A stretch of DNA of 32,000 nucleotides from Acaryochloris marina S15. GTDB taxonomy: Bacteria; Cyanobacteriota; Cyanobacteriia; Thermosynechococcales; Thermosynechococcaceae. Each line of letters opens with the position of its first letter. Positions within the stretch are counted from its first letter, which is position 1. The stretch is from contig NZ_CP064924.1 of NCBI RefSeq assembly GCF_018336915.1, positions 150,001 to 182,000 on the forward strand, in the 5' to 3' direction. A program made the translations under genes and the position numbers. Below are positions 1-9,364 of this stretch, in pieces. The notes under the pieces were generated by a model that had not been told where the DNA came from, did no database searches, and saw only the letters and a list, made by a program, of their open reading frames with translations.

Positions 1-298
1 TCAGAGCCATGCTCAAGTTCAAACTGAACATTGAGATATGACCGCTAAAACCTTTGCCCTAAGTATACTAACAATTCTCTCGTGAAGGTGTGGGGGTTAT
101 TTCACATAATTTCAGTTGAGAAATTTATCAATAGAACTATCAACGGAATCCATTGAGATTCACCTATTTTTTTAAACACCTTGCAATTCATCACAAACCA
201 CAATATCGAAGCTAATAAGGTTATTCACCAACAAGTCATCGTTAAAGGCCATCAGAGCGTCTTGAACTACGATAGAAATATACCTTCGCGTATTCCTG

Positions 299-1087
299 AT
301 GGCTTATCCCCTTTCAGCCACTAAACTCATCACCTACCAGCAGTGCCCCAAAGCCTACAACTTCAGATATGAGCGGGGACTCTCTTCACCCTCTGCCTTC
401 GGATCGCCTGCCTTTGGGATTGCCCTTCACAAAACACTCGCAGATATCTACAAAGACTGGAACTACGATTACCCCCTCCCTTCCCTGGATTGGTTTGCCG
501 TTTGCTGGCAGCACCATACTGGAGATCTGAAACCAGCCCAGATTCATGAGGGGTGGATGGCCTTGCAGCTCTATTACGAGAAATACGTTGCCCCGCTACC
601 CATGATTCGCAAACCTCTTGGAGTTGAAGGAAAGATCAAGGCCAGCTTCCAGGTGAATAATATCGAGTTTTCCATCACAGGCCGTTATGACCGCTTAGAC
701 TACACCGATAATGGTCTAGAGCTGATTGACTATAAGACCAGCAAGACGATTGGCCCATCCGATGGCATCGATCTACAGCTTGGATTGTACTTTTTGATTC
801 TGGAGCAGGTCTACCCAGAGGCACTGGAAACGCTGAGTTTAATATATCTACGGCAAGGTCAGAAAGTTACGTTTGATGTGACGCCTGACCATCACCAGCA
901 GGTACGAAAGTTGATCGGAGACATCGCGGTAAAGCTTAGAGCAGATGATGAGTGGAAACCAGAAGTTGGTGGGCACTGCAACCACTGCGGGTATCAGAAG
1001 TACTGCCCTGCGAAGTCCAAGAAGCCAGAGCCATTACCGGAGGGGACGAGGGAGGCGAGGCAAGTTCAGCTGGTTTTAGGGATTTGA
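299..1087 (+). CDS. PD-(D/E)XK nuclease, Cas4/RecB-like, with 4-Cys Fe-S cluster signature
   Basis: 262-aa ORF. It has one N-terminal Cys (YQQCPKAY) plus a C-terminal CNHCGYQKYC (C-x2-C-x5-C). It also has GRYDRLD and IDYK (D...D/E-x-K) motifs and QLGLY (Q-x3-Y). This arrangement is known from Cas4/AddB-type nucleases. Confidence 0.8.
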   Translation: MAYPLSATKLITYQQCPKAYNFRYERGLSSPSAFGSPAFGIALHKTLADIYKDWNYDYPLPSLDWFAVCWQHHTGDLKPAQIHEGWMALQLYYEKYVAPLPMIRKPLGVEGKIKASFQVNNIEFSITGRYDRLDYTDNGLELIDYKTSKTIGPSDGIDLQLGLYFLILEQVYPEALETLSLIYLRQGQKVTFDVTPDHHQQVRKLIGDIAVKLRADDEWKPEVGGHCNHCGYQKYCPAKSKKPEPLPEGTREARQVQLVLGI

Positions 1088-1116
1088 TTCAGCTCTCACG
1101 GAAAAGTGACCACAAC

Positions 1117-1153
1117 AGTAATGCCCTCTACCACAGTGGTAGAGGGCATTACT
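1117..1153 (+). terminator. Perfect 16-bp stem hairpin 30 nt after the nuclease stop
   Basis: AGTAATGCCCTCTACC / GGTAGAGGGCATTACT arms with a 5-nt loop. There is no clear U-tract afterwards (GAATATTAAAAG), so terminator function is inferred from position only. Confidence 0.5.
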
Positions 1154-1648
1154 GAATATTAAAAGAAAGTCCCTTCGACACTAGCAGCATCCATACCCCG
1201 TAATGCTTGGACTTTAGGTCTGCTAATCTGCGTCTTACCCTTTCGGTGTAAGTTGCCATTTCGGGGACTTAAACTGAGCTGGTGTGGGGGGTATGACAGC
1301 CCAATACATCTACTGTAGCTATCGATGCAATACAAATTAAACCGAAGAATTACTGAATCTTAAGAGATTTTTATGAGGAAATATCAGTGGTAGTGCGGAT
1401 TACAATCAAATATCTTTCTTTATTCTAGATATAGACCTAAATTTATCCAATTCTTTAAAGATTTAAGCAGACAATGGGGTCTACGAGTTTGTCATCAAAA
1501 TGCCGACCTAATATATGCATGGTCGGCAGTATTTAAATAAATATCAAAAAGCTGGCTTTTATATTTGTCGCCAACGGTATTTATGCTGTTAGTCTCATAA
1601 TGCGCTGAATTTCTATATTCCGGTAGGGTTGATCTACCCGAAACGCAG

Positions 1649-2053
1649 CTAATCCCTCATCCAACCTGGACAAGTATCGACCTCGCCTGTCTGGAATACA
1701 CTGAAGAGTTGTTCTGCAAACGCCACCGGAATAAACCAGTGGGCACAACCGATGTACAAATATGCATGGGCAGGTTCTCCCAGATAGAAAATTTCCAGGT
1801 TGATGTCACTATTTTGCTGCCAGATATCTTCTTCGTAGAGACTGGTTCCTCCTGGACAGATATAGGTGCAGATTAAACATTCATCGAAACTACCATCTTC
1901 CATATAGCCGATGTAGTTCTCTTGGTAAAAGTCAGAGGTTTTGAACTTGCGAATGACGATATGCAGCTCCCCTGGCCCCTGAATCTCCAGCTCTTGTCTA
2001 CCAGGATGATCCGTGATGCCGACTCGCCACCCCTGAATGTATTCCCTCTTCAT
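1649..2053 (-). CDS. Hypothetical Cys-rich protein, last gene of the modification operon
   Basis: The ORF-track entry runs 1649..2059. I prefer the ATG at 2053 because GGAGGTG lies 7 nt upstream, and the DUF5131 stop (2069) is only 15 nt upstream. No family recognised. Confidence 0.6.
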   Translation of the reverse strand: MKREYIQGWRVGITDHPGRQELEIQGPGELHIVIRKFKTSDFYQENYIGYMEDGSFDECLICTYICPGGTSLYEEDIWQQNSDINLEIFYLGEPAHAYLYIGCAHWFIPVAFAEQLFSVFQTGEVDTCPGWMRD

Positions 2054-2068
2054 CCGCAATCACCTCCG

Positions 2069-2938
2069 TCATCCAAACTCTGGAAATTCTCTCACTCGCA
2101 GCTCTTCCGGCCACTCTTGTATATCCCCACCCTTCGCTGAACGGAGCTTGGGAACACCCACGGGTTTGCTGCCGAGCTGCTTGATAAACACGGGGATATC
2201 TGCGGTCTTACACTGGTCTCGGATGGAGCGAATCCAGTCCACATCGTAAGGCCGAGCGCCAGGGCCAGACTCACCCCCGGTGATGCACCAATTTGCGGCA
2301 AGAGCACCAAGATCTACGGGTTTGAGCAGTGGTTCACAACTCAAAAACCGGACTGCTGCTGGTGTTTCTGCTAGCAACGGAATTCGCTCATCTGCGGCTT
2401 TCTGGTTCTCGACTGATACGCCTAACCAGAGATTGGACAGGGGCCAATCCCATTGACATGATTCAAGGTCAGCCAATACCTTTTGGCTAGCATTGGTTGA
2501 TCGGCCCTTAATGACAGCAGCAATCCGAATTCTGTTTTTGGCAGTCATGAGATAATCCCGCATTCGTCTTGGTCGTTTGGTCAGCATCTGCACTGTGACT
2601 TGAGGATTGAGCGCGATTGCAGCAAAAATCTGATCCAGCCACTCGTCTTTCACGGCTGGGTGGAACGGGTCAGACATCGACGGCATGAATACCCTGATCG
2701 GTTTCCGAAACTTGAATAGCTTCTCCAACTGCTCAGGGACAAAATTCACCTGGCCTGTCCAGTTCCCCTGCTCATCCACAACCCCCTGATACTGGGAAAA
2801 CTGTTGCAGCCGTCCTGACTTTGAAGCTCTGGCTGCATAGCAATGCTTACAACCGCTTTCCTTGGCTCCCTTAGCTCGAACTTTTGTGCAGCCCACCAAA
2901 CAATTGATGGTGTGATCGGTCCATTCGATAGTGGTCAT
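2069..2938 (-). CDS. DUF5131 (phage Gp37/Gp68 family) protein
   Basis: N-terminal IEWTD...GCTKV...GCKHCYA Cys motif, then SMSDPFH and LTKRP motifs typical of the family as I recall it. Its ATG overlaps the ASCH stop (ATGA at 2935-2938). Confidence 0.8.
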   Translation of the reverse strand: MTTIEWTDHTINCLVGCTKVRAKGAKESGCKHCYAARASKSGRLQQFSQYQGVVDEQGNWTGQVNFVPEQLEKLFKFRKPIRVFMPSMSDPFHPAVKDEWLDQIFAAIALNPQVTVQMLTKRPRRMRDYLMTAKNRIRIAAVIKGRSTNASQKVLADLESCQWDWPLSNLWLGVSVENQKAADERIPLLAETPAAVRFLSCEPLLKPVDLGALAANWCITGGESGPGARPYDVDWIRSIRDQCKTADIPVFIKQLGSKPVGVPKLRSAKGGDIQEWPEELRVREFPEFG

Positions 2939-3378
2939 GTCTTTTGCTCCATCAAAATTTTCAACGTTTCAGATCGGACATCTCGGAGTCCCTGCCCCCC
3001 GCGATAGGGACTAGGATCAGGCAGTGCAACGATGTTTCCTAACTGCCAAGCAAAGCGCCCAGGTTGCCAGCACCCCACGGCCAGCTCCAGTTCGGTTTGT
3101 GTGTCGATAAGCCTGGAGTCCATCTGGGGACAGTCCACCAGATCCGCAATCGCCACGATGCAACCGAGTGGGTAATCACATGGTTTGCGCGGCACCTTGT
3201 CACCCGTCAGATCATTAACTTGGCTCACTATGGCTTGCCCATCTAAGCCGATGGTTCGCTTGGCCGCATGAATAGCCAGCTTGCCTCGGTAGCGAGTGCC
3301 CCAAGAGCGGGTTTCAAATTGCTTGAGATTCAGGGCAATGAAGGTTGCCCACGGTTGCCAGAGGGTAATGATTTTCAT
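2935..3378 (-). CDS. ASCH domain protein
   Basis: MKIITLWQPWATFIA...ETRSW...YRGKLAIHAAK matches the ASCH beta-barrel N-terminus. I chose the ATG at 3378, 2 nt after the MT-A70 stop at 3381, rather than the track start at 3423. Confidence 0.7.
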   Translation of the reverse strand: MKIITLWQPWATFIALNLKQFETRSWGTRYRGKLAIHAAKRTIGLDGQAIVSQVNDLTGDKVPRKPCDYPLGCIVAIADLVDCPQMDSRLIDTQTELELAVGCWQPGRFAWQLGNIVALPDPSPYRGGQGLRDVRSETLKILMEQKT

Positions 3379-3380
3379 GG

Positions 3381-3998
3381 CTATGCCTCCGCTCCCCAGT
3401 TCTCCCAGCCTGGACGAGGGCACCGAGAGAACAACTCAATCCGCTGACCCCCGAGGGCATCACCTAGCCGATCTGCCATCTGGTAAAACTCTTCAGGCTT
3501 TTGAGAATGCTTACCCACAGGAGCTTGAAATGCGGTGGGAATATCGGTTAGTCCAAGGGCAGTAAAGGTCTTGGCCTTACCTTTACGACCTACTAAAATT
3601 TGCTCAGTTGCATTTCGCCCATAGTGTCCAATACCGTATCTAATCTTGCTTCTGTCTTGAGTAACCTTGACCCACGTATGAATTGCCTTATATTCAAACC
3701 CCCAGGACGCCATGACTTTGAATGCCAACGGTAGGTGATTATTTGTCGTCCACAACAACAGATAAGAATCTGGAGCGGCAATCGAACTCACAGGCATCGC
3801 CAAGATTTCCTCATCGGTCATCGAGGGATAAGGGCACCGTCCACGGTGGGTTTTGTCAGATTCTCTGAGGTGATAGCTCCACGGTGGATCAGCCACGATC
3901 AGGGAATAGGCACCCACAGGAAGGGCTGGGGTATTCGGAACAAGGTTGAGCGTAATAGCAAGCTTCTGCTGACCACGCTTGTCAGTGGGGGCATACAT
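3381..3998 (-). CDS. MT-A70 family DNA methyltransferase (N6-adenine type, DPPW motif)
   Basis: 205-aa ORF with IVADPPWSY catalytic motif and LLLWTTN / GHY motifs typical of MT-A70. Confidence 0.85.
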   Translation of the reverse strand: MYAPTDKRGQQKLAITLNLVPNTPALPVGAYSLIVADPPWSYHLRESDKTHRGRCPYPSMTDEEILAMPVSSIAAPDSYLLLWTTNNHLPLAFKVMASWGFEYKAIHTWVKVTQDRSKIRYGIGHYGRNATEQILVGRKGKAKTFTALGLTDIPTAFQAPVGKHSQKPEEFYQMADRLGDALGGQRIELFSRCPRPGWENWGAEA

Positions 3999-4041
3999 GG
4001 TTTTGCTCCAAGGTATAGAGAGTTGTATTCAGTCAAATTAT

Positions 4042-5169
4042 TCAAACTAGTGAGAGCTGCTTGACCTTCCCGGTCGCCTCTTGCCAGGTCTGCTCAAAGT
4101 AATTCGGTCGATGCACCTTATCTTGAATAAATCCAGGGGCCGCAACCCAGAACCCTTCACAGGTCAGGGACTCATTAGGCTTCCTGTGGTACTCGTAAGC
4201 TCTGGTGTAGGTCGGGTCTGATTCGTCACAGGTATAGCCGTGTTGCTTGGCAATCACACTCACTTGAGCATCAGCAGCACTACGATGCATTGGCTCAGAC
4301 ACTCGCGTGACTCGCCTACTGATTTGCTTGCCTTGATAAATGCGCTCAACCCGGTAAACCACCCAGTCAATTGAGTCTAGGTGATTCACTGCCAACTCCC
4401 TGACAGATTGGGGGGCAACCTCCCAGGCAGAGCGACTGGCAAACAGCTTCATTCTGGGGTTGAGGGCAAGCGCCGCAGCTTCCAAAACCAAGGCGTACAG
4501 GCCCGCATCCGGTTCAGCTTCCCAGCGCTGCCTCGCCTGTTCGGGCTTACAGAAGGGACAGAAAACACAGGCCGACTTGAGCCAATCTGCCCCGGTCTTT
4601 TCATGGATGTAGTCAATGCAAGTCTGTCTATCCCAGCCCCATTCTTGGAGGGGGAATCGATAATCAGACCCCATGCAGGGGTAATCAGCACACTTGGCTG
4701 AGCGCTTTTCTTCCCCTTTGCAATAACCCAGATATGGACCGATGGCCTCACCAGAGAGATGATCCGATATCCAGCTATCAATGACGACACCTTTAAACTT
4801 CATGGCACAGGTATGGGCACCACTCACAGGTTGGCTGGTGCCTGCAATTTTGAGAGAATGACCGAGAGTGTAATCTCCTTCGATATGGCAGATCTGGGGG
4901 TTTCGAGTATCACTCAAGACGGTGTATCCATCTTTTTTAGAGTGACCCGCCTTGGCGACCTGGACAAAGCGAATCTGATGTTGCCTGAGCAAGGGCAAGA
5001 TGTGTGCTTCGACCAAGTGCTTAGTGGATTGATGTTCGTTACCCGTCTGAGCGGTTATCAATATCAGATCATCAAAGCTAGAAAAAGGGCGATTTTGGGG
5101 ATTGTAGATCCAGGAAAGCAAAATTGCAGTTGAGTCAACTCCTAAACCCAAATTAAGTACGTGCATCAT
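4042..5169 (-). CDS. Divergent PP-loop-like (PAPS-reductase/adenine-nucleotide-alpha-hydrolase-like) protein
   Basis: N-terminal LNLGLGVDSTAILL resembles a degenerate SGGxDS PP-loop. PLQEWGWDRQTCIDYI...SACVFCPFC resembles the W..V..YI...C..C block of phage-type PAPS-reductase-like proteins, including the one at 6783-7808. I chose the ATG at 5169, which is coupled to the upstream micro-ORF, instead of the track start at 5244. Confidence 0.55.
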   Translation of the reverse strand: MMHVLNLGLGVDSTAILLSWIYNPQNRPFSSFDDLILITAQTGNEHQSTKHLVEAHILPLLRQHQIRFVQVAKAGHSKKDGYTVLSDTRNPQICHIEGDYTLGHSLKIAGTSQPVSGAHTCAMKFKGVVIDSWISDHLSGEAIGPYLGYCKGEEKRSAKCADYPCMGSDYRFPLQEWGWDRQTCIDYIHEKTGADWLKSACVFCPFCKPEQARQRWEAEPDAGLYALVLEAAALALNPRMKLFASRSAWEVAPQSVRELAVNHLDSIDWVVYRVERIYQGKQISRRVTRVSEPMHRSAADAQVSVIAKQHGYTCDESDPTYTRAYEYHRKPNESLTCEGFWVAAPGFIQDKVHRPNYFEQTWQEATGKVKQLSLV

Positions 5170-5267
5170 GGGTAGCTCTTCAAGACATCGTAGAGGAAGA
5201 AATACAAAAACATTCCGAAGTAGAGGGACTGCCAGAGCAGCCACCAGAGAAGGGTGTAGGCGTCCAT
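5166..5267 (-). CDS. 33-aa hydrophobic/aromatic micro-protein (MDAYTLLWWLLWQSLYFGMFLYFFLYDVLKSYP)
   Basis: Below the ORF-track size cutoff. TTAGGAGGCAATT precedes the ATG, a strong SD with a 5-nt spacer. Its TGA overlaps the next gene's ATG (ATGA at 5166-5169). The sequence has the composition of a single transmembrane helix. Confidence 0.45.
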   Translation of the reverse strand: MDAYTLLWWLLWQSLYFGMFLYFFLYDVLKSYP

Positions 5268-5319
5268 AATTGCCTCCTAAGTTTTCAAATTCCAGGTGGA
5301 AACTGAAATATTCGCGGTT

Positions 5320-6771
5320 TCAAAAATGTGGGGATGACAGGGAATCAAGGCAACGTTGCACAATCATCTGCATTACGGGTGGAGTAACGGCGTTGCCAAG
5401 CTGCTTGACCCTCTCGCGTTTATTTCCTAAAACTTTGTAATCTTGAGAAAAGGCCATCGCTGCCTGGATTTCATGAGGTTGCAACATGCGAAAATAGCAG
5501 TCTTCAACAGAGATAGAGCGATCCGGTTGCACCAGGGCATGGCGGTCGCCGGCAGTGATGGTGGGAATGGCTTTATCCACTCCACAGACTTGATCTGAGC
5601 CACTGTAATAGCTGGCTAGAAAAGGCTGAACTAAACCGTGATGCCCTCCCCCAGCGGTGACCGTACCTAGCGGCTCCTCCAGTGAGTGTGCTTGGTTGTG
5701 GTTTCGGAGTGTCACCATAAACGGCTGCACCAGCGAATTATGGTCAACCGTTGTGATTGTGGGCAGTGGGTCATGAATGCTAGCGGCCTGCGCTCCGGTA
5801 TAGTTCCTGACAATGAACGGCATTGCCAAGGCCATTGTTTGGCGGGCAGTCTGGGTGGGCAGAACCCTATCCACACTCCGAATTCGATGGCTCGTATCTT
5901 TGCCGTATGCTGTCTCCACCAAAACAGGAGAACAGAACTTCTCTAATCCTTTGCGAATGCGCTCTAGGGTTGCTGGCCTCAGTGGTCGCTTGCGATTGCC
6001 CACCTTGGTGCTGGGATAGCTCCAGTCAATCGCGGTATAGGCTGGGGTATAGTATGGCTCCACGACCTGGGCACAACGGGGGCAGCGGTATACGTACTGA
6101 TTGCGCTTGCCATAGCGACCCCACTTTTTAAATGGGGTTTTCCAAGACTGGATGGCCTCGACCTCGCCACATTCAGAGCATTGGGCCAGGGGAGTAAAGC
6201 TAAGGCTGGGCTTTGGGTTACCGTGCCTCCAGAAGACTATGTAAACACGATCTCTACTTTGAGGGCAGGAAGAAAACATGCTGTTGAAGAACACTGCCTC
6301 ATGGTCATACCCCAGCGTGTGCATGGCATTGAGCCAGCTATCGAACAGCGTCCAATGACGGACCTCAACAACGTTCTCGACGATGACGAAATTGTACCGA
6401 TGAAGCTCTGAAAATCTGACGATATCCCACATAGTAGCCCTCGACTTTTCTTCAGCCGGATCAATAGTTTGTGGGTTGAATAAGTCCATCTGGCCCAGGT
6501 TCTTGCGTCTTTTTCCTTTCGCAATCGTATGGTTTGTACACTCGGGCGAACTCAGCAAAATATCCGTACTGGGATAGCGACGAGGGTCGCAAGCACTGAT
6601 GTCACAACAGTCATGATTAGTGTTGGGGAAGTTGGTATTGTGGGTTTCCACCGCTTTAGCCCAGTGGTTAATCGCCATCACAATCTCGCAACCTGCTTGG
6701 GAAGCACCACTGCTCGAACCACCACACCCAGCAAATTGGTCGGTGACTGTGATGTAAGATTTCTTCTTCAT
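5320..6771 (-). CDS. DNA (cytosine-5)-methyltransferase
   Basis: Motif I DQFAGCGG, motif IV SPECTNHT (catalytic Cys), motif VI ENV, motif X QLGNAVTPPV. AAGGAG SD 7 nt upstream of the ATG. Confidence 0.9.
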   Translation of the reverse strand: MKKKSYITVTDQFAGCGGSSSGASQAGCEIVMAINHWAKAVETHNTNFPNTNHDCCDISACDPRRYPSTDILLSSPECTNHTIAKGKRRKNLGQMDLFNPQTIDPAEEKSRATMWDIVRFSELHRYNFVIVENVVEVRHWTLFDSWLNAMHTLGYDHEAVFFNSMFSSCPQSRDRVYIVFWRHGNPKPSLSFTPLAQCSECGEVEAIQSWKTPFKKWGRYGKRNQYVYRCPRCAQVVEPYYTPAYTAIDWSYPSTKVGNRKRPLRPATLERIRKGLEKFCSPVLVETAYGKDTSHRIRSVDRVLPTQTARQTMALAMPFIVRNYTGAQAASIHDPLPTITTVDHNSLVQPFMVTLRNHNQAHSLEEPLGTVTAGGGHHGLVQPFLASYYSGSDQVCGVDKAIPTITAGDRHALVQPDRSISVEDCYFRMLQPHEIQAAMAFSQDYKVLGNKRERVKQLGNAVTPPVMQMIVQRCLDSLSSPHF

Positions 6772-6782
6772 GTCTAATCTCC

Positions 6783-7808
6783 TTAAGTCGGTCCTGCGCT
6801 CTCCCCAAATGCCCCAGCAGGCAGGGTCCAGGTATTCGGGTCAATGAGGATCGGGGCTGTGTATTCATTGCTCAGGGCTAACCGGAGCTGATCAGGATTC
6901 TGGTGGATGGCAGCGTAAGCCGTTCCCTTATCGGCCATGTCTGGGATGGAAAGCTTGTTGTCGATGGTGTGTTGAAACTCTTGCTCGTACTGGTGCAACC
7001 GCTTTGTGCGCTCTGGCGAGATGGCCGCATTAGAAGCCCACTGATTAGGTGAGCCGAAAATGCAGAACTGACAGCTCAGCCGACCCCAGTCGAGGTAGTA
7101 GGCAGGATGTGCCAGGACTCCCCAGCGCTGAATCATCTCCCAGACTTGCTCACTCGTATATGAGTGGACGGGTCGCCAGTGGTCAATATGTCGCCTGAGT
7201 TTAGGGCTGTCCCGCCTATCAGTCCGGTGTGGCTCGAAGCTCTGGTACTTTGCTCTGGCTGCGCTCTCCTGTGCCCGCTCTCCGGTTACCACCAGAGTTC
7301 GAGCATGGTTGAACCGGGATTGGTTGGCAATGGCGGTGCTGAGAACATCAATCTTCAGATAGGAAGAACACCACCGAGTCTTGAGATCAGCGGTCTTTGC
7401 TGGGAACTTGCACCGAGTTCCGGGCTTGCCTTGCCCCCCAGATATTTGCTCACCATTAGGAGTCTGGAAGTGTGTGGGTGCTTTGGGTTGGTCCTTGCGG
7501 CACATCTCGCGTTCTAGCCCACCTTCTAGCCAACTCATATAAATGGGAAGGCCGAAGGCTTGGGCAAACTTGCGGCAATAGCTCTCGGTGACAGGCCAGT
7601 CGAAAAGGTTGTGGCCCATTGAATCGACCAAATGATGATGCAATTCAATCCTGTCTTTGGGTACGCCCAACTCCAGTAGTCGCAACAGACAGCAGATAGA
7701 GTCCTTACCACCGGAGAAGGCAACGAGAATGCGATCATAGGTGGACAAATCGGGGAGGGTCGAGGCACCGGGCACCTGGAAAGGCAAGGCCATTTGGGTA
7801 GCACTCAT
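6783..7808 (-). CDS. Phosphoadenosine phosphosulfate (PAPS) reductase-like PP-loop protein, phage/plasmid type
   Basis: FSGGKDSICCLL PP-loop and a later RLSCQFC motif. The track start at 7871 is a GTG lying inside the IS inverted repeat, so I use the ATG at 7808. The stop is 11 nt from the C5-MTase start. Confidence 0.8.
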   Translation of the reverse strand: MSATQMALPFQVPGASTLPDLSTYDRILVAFSGGKDSICCLLRLLELGVPKDRIELHHHLVDSMGHNLFDWPVTESYCRKFAQAFGLPIYMSWLEGGLEREMCRKDQPKAPTHFQTPNGEQISGGQGKPGTRCKFPAKTADLKTRWCSSYLKIDVLSTAIANQSRFNHARTLVVTGERAQESAARAKYQSFEPHRTDRRDSPKLRRHIDHWRPVHSYTSEQVWEMIQRWGVLAHPAYYLDWGRLSCQFCIFGSPNQWASNAAISPERTKRLHQYEQEFQHTIDNKLSIPDMADKGTAYAAIHQNPDQLRLALSNEYTAPILIDPNTWTLPAGAFGESAGPT

Positions 7809-7869
7809 GATTCTGGACCTAACAACACAATCTGAGTCGAACGGCGGGGCGTAAATCCGTGATTCTGAC

Positions 7870-9364
7870 ACGACTTGGCAAACTTCTTTATTTTTATAGA
7901 GGGATAATTAGTTCTAGGCTGGCATTATCACCTCCACAACTTGCTCGACAGATTGGCCTTGTTCAAAGAGTGATTGACAAAACTGTACGAGCGGATGCAA
8001 AACCTCACGAGTCAATCCGTAGAGCTTCTGGCCAATGCTTGGCGTTTTACTTGCAAAGCTAAATTTTTCAGATGTTCCCCCAGCGACAGGCGCATCCTGG
8101 AGCAACGACTGCGCCAGACAACTTAAAGCGATGTGGCGTTTGACCGCATCCTCGTTGCGTAGCTGAGCCGATTCCAGGCCACAGATGCCTTTGGTAAACT
8201 CATGAAAAACTTCACAGGGCCAGCGATAGCTCCAGGTGATGGCAATGCGCGAGACATCCCAGTGCAGCGCGTCAGTCACTAAAAAGCGAGGGGTATCATT
8301 CAAATCCTCCGTTTCATGAACAATGACAATCCGTTTGCGTCCGATTTTTTTGAGGCGTACGACTTTGCTAAAGGCCCAAATCTCCTTCACTTCGCCATTG
8401 CGTTGATGAATGCGGTAGTGCCGAAACGACTGGCCAGAGGTGCTACGAAGTTGTTGAGCCACTGCGTCAATGCGAGTCCATTGGTTGAACCAAAGCACGG
8501 AACGATTACACGCCAGCTCACTCACCCAATGCTTGCCGAATCCTTCAATGACGGTCGTTAAGTCCGCTGCGCATACGCCTGCATCAAAAGCATAATCCGC
8601 TGTCGGAAACTGCCCTTCCCCTTCAATTTGCTCAATCATGGCACTCAGCAGTTCCGTTCGCGTTTGATAGGCGTCACGATTATGCTGGTAGGCCACCAAC
8701 TCACTCAATCGCTCCATCGCCGCTGCGATAGTTTCATACTCGCCTTGACGGGTCATCTTCAGATACTCCAGTTCTGCGGCTTCCCACTGGGCCGCTTGCA
8801 CGGCGACGCCTATCCCATCTTGTCGCACTCGATTTGCCGCCACTGCGGTCAGAATCGTCTGATAACAGCTCATGCAATTATCAACATAATCGTACTGACG
8901 TTTGACCCCAAAAATCTGTTTGCTCCGTTCGTGATGTCCCAGTGTCCAATCTAGGCTAATCACTACACGTGCTCTGGGGTCATAATGCTGTGATACCTGT
9001 AGACGGTGGCGCACCATCAATGCCTCCTGCTCCCATGGCGATTCAAACACCCCGGCGTGCATTGCTCGACGACCTGAAAGGGGCTGCTCGGTTGTCGAGA
9101 CAAACTGACTGTGAATCCCTTGCAATGTTTTGTTCTCACTGAGTAGTAAGCCACTGAGGTATCGGCTCACATGCTCAAATCCGGCTTGTCGAGGAAATAA
9201 GTCGCGGTAAGCGCTCATGCCCTGCTTAATCGTGTTGGGGATGCCGACAAAAGGAAGCATTGTTGACGTTGCTCATTACGCTACAAACCTGAAACAAGCA
9301 TGACGCAACTAACACCATTAGCGACATAAATTGATGGCCTCAATGGGAAACTTTGCCAAGTCGT
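7870..9364 (-). mobile_element. IS element (IS701/IS4-like DDE transposase), 1495 bp, intact ends
   Basis: Terminal inverted repeats ACGACTTGGCAAA (7870-7882) and TTTGCCAAGTCGT (9352-9364). Flanking direct repeat GATTCTGAC at 7861-7869 and 9365-9373. This reads as a 9-bp TSD, or 7 bp if the IR is taken as 14 bp. Confidence 0.8.
7914..9260 (-). CDS. DDE transposase (IS701/IS4-like)
   Basis: 448-aa ORF. The ISLDWTLGHHERSKQIFGVKRQYD block resembles the first-D region of IS701-type transposases. The ORF lies between the IRs. Confidence 0.85.
   Translation of the reverse strand: MLPFVGIPNTIKQGMSAYRDLFPRQAGFEHVSRYLSGLLLSENKTLQGIHSQFVSTTEQPLSGRRAMHAGVFESPWEQEALMVRHRLQVSQHYDPRARVVISLDWTLGHHERSKQIFGVKRQYDYVDNCMSCYQTILTAVAANRVRQDGIGVAVQAAQWEAAELEYLKMTRQGEYETIAAAMERLSELVAYQHNRDAYQTRTELLSAMIEQIEGEGQFPTADYAFDAGVCAADLTTVIEGFGKHWVSELACNRSVLWFNQWTRIDAVAQQLRSTSGQSFRHYRIHQRNGEVKEIWAFSKVVRLKKIGRKRIVIVHETEDLNDTPRFLVTDALHWDVSRIAITWSYRWPCEVFHEFTKGICGLESAQLRNEDAVKRHIALSCLAQSLLQDAPVAGGTSEKFSFASKTPSIGQKLYGLTREVLHPLVQFCQSLFEQGQSVEQVVEVIMPA

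Noticed and set aside
299-1087. Treating the PD-(D/E)XK protein as the restriction endonuclease partner of the two methyltransferases
   Set aside because: It has the Cas4/AddB-type 4-Cys cluster and Q-x3-Y motif rather than a typical type II REase layout. It is on the opposite strand and separated by about 560 nt of non-coding DNA. I kept it only as a low-interest hypothesis.
952-1155. Overlapping alternative-frame ORFs such as 952-1155, 14084-14371, 15067-15336 and the many ORFs inside the C5-MTase and transposase genes
   Set aside because: They lie inside or across well-supported CDSs in other frames and have biased (P/R/S/G-rich) composition typical of off-frame translation. The exception, 15340-15639, is kept as a finding.
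1649-7808. Classifying the modification operon as Dnd phosphorothioation, BREX type 4 or a 7-deazaguanine (Dpd/QueC) system
   Set aside because: PAPS-reductase-like and SGGxDS-like motifs occur in DndC, BrxP and QueC. But the obligatory partners (DndA/D/E; BrxA/B/C/L, PglZ; DpdA, QueD/E, FolE) are not visible in the window, and the second PP-loop protein is far longer than QueC.
6783-7871. Track start (GTG at 7869-7871) for the PAPS-reductase-like ORF
   Set aside because: That start codon and the first codons lie in the TSD and inverted repeat of the inserted IS, so the 21-codon extension is an artefact of the insertion. I used the ATG at 7808.
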